The position numbers and the translations under genes are program-made. Of a DNA stretch of 64,000 bases, positions 63,934 to 64,000 are shown in pieces (positions within the stretch are counted from its first letter, which is position 1; each line of letters opens with the position of its first letter). The notes beneath the pieces are model-generated. The model saw only the letters and a program-made list of their open reading frames with translations, made no database searches and was not told where the DNA came from. The DNA is from Thalia democratica (lineage: Eukaryota): positions 17,980,001 through 18,044,000 of the forward strand of contig OZ241830.1 in assembly GCA_965202585.1 (NCBI GenBank), in the 5' to 3' direction.

Positions 63934-64000
63934 GATGCTAAATAAACTAATAGTCATTTTTTTATACCAAAATTATTATTTGACGTAACAAAAATTGTTT

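Larger units (their letters stand above)
46370..64000. repeat. Segmental duplication unit C (runs off the right edge)
   Basis: Collinear with unit A at an offset of ~41.7-42.1 kb. Near-identical to A across the RING-Kelch gene. Confidence 0.9.

Overview
Very AT-rich eukaryotic genomic DNA (roughly 20-25% GC by eye; GT-AG introns; most consistent with an invertebrate animal). No prokaryotic features, rRNA, tRNA or CRISPR were found. Bases 1-~4230 are a ~190-bp satellite with higher-order structure. The rest is a tandem array of three diverged ~17-21 kb units (A ~4.9-25.8 kb, B ~28.4-45.3 kb, C ~46.4->64 kb). Each unit carries four elements. (i) A predicted three-exon gene with a RING-H2 domain, coiled coils and a six-bladed Kelch propeller but no BTB domain; it is intact in A and C and damaged in B. 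(ii) A conserved block of + strand hairpins, including a pre-miRNA-like stem. (iii) A 30-codon sORF derived from a dead protease 5' fragment. (iv) Convergent, inverted, intronless trypsin-family pseudogenes whose upstream motif ACGTCAAATA is invariant in all nine copies. Unit-specific insertions include a complete non-coding LTR retroelement in B (617-bp LTRs, PBS, PPT, 4-bp TSD, internal 34/35-bp array) and a ~300-bp insert in C with a type I hammerhead ribozyme carrying a G8C core change. Identity values are by-eye estimates unless a count is given. No database searches were possible.
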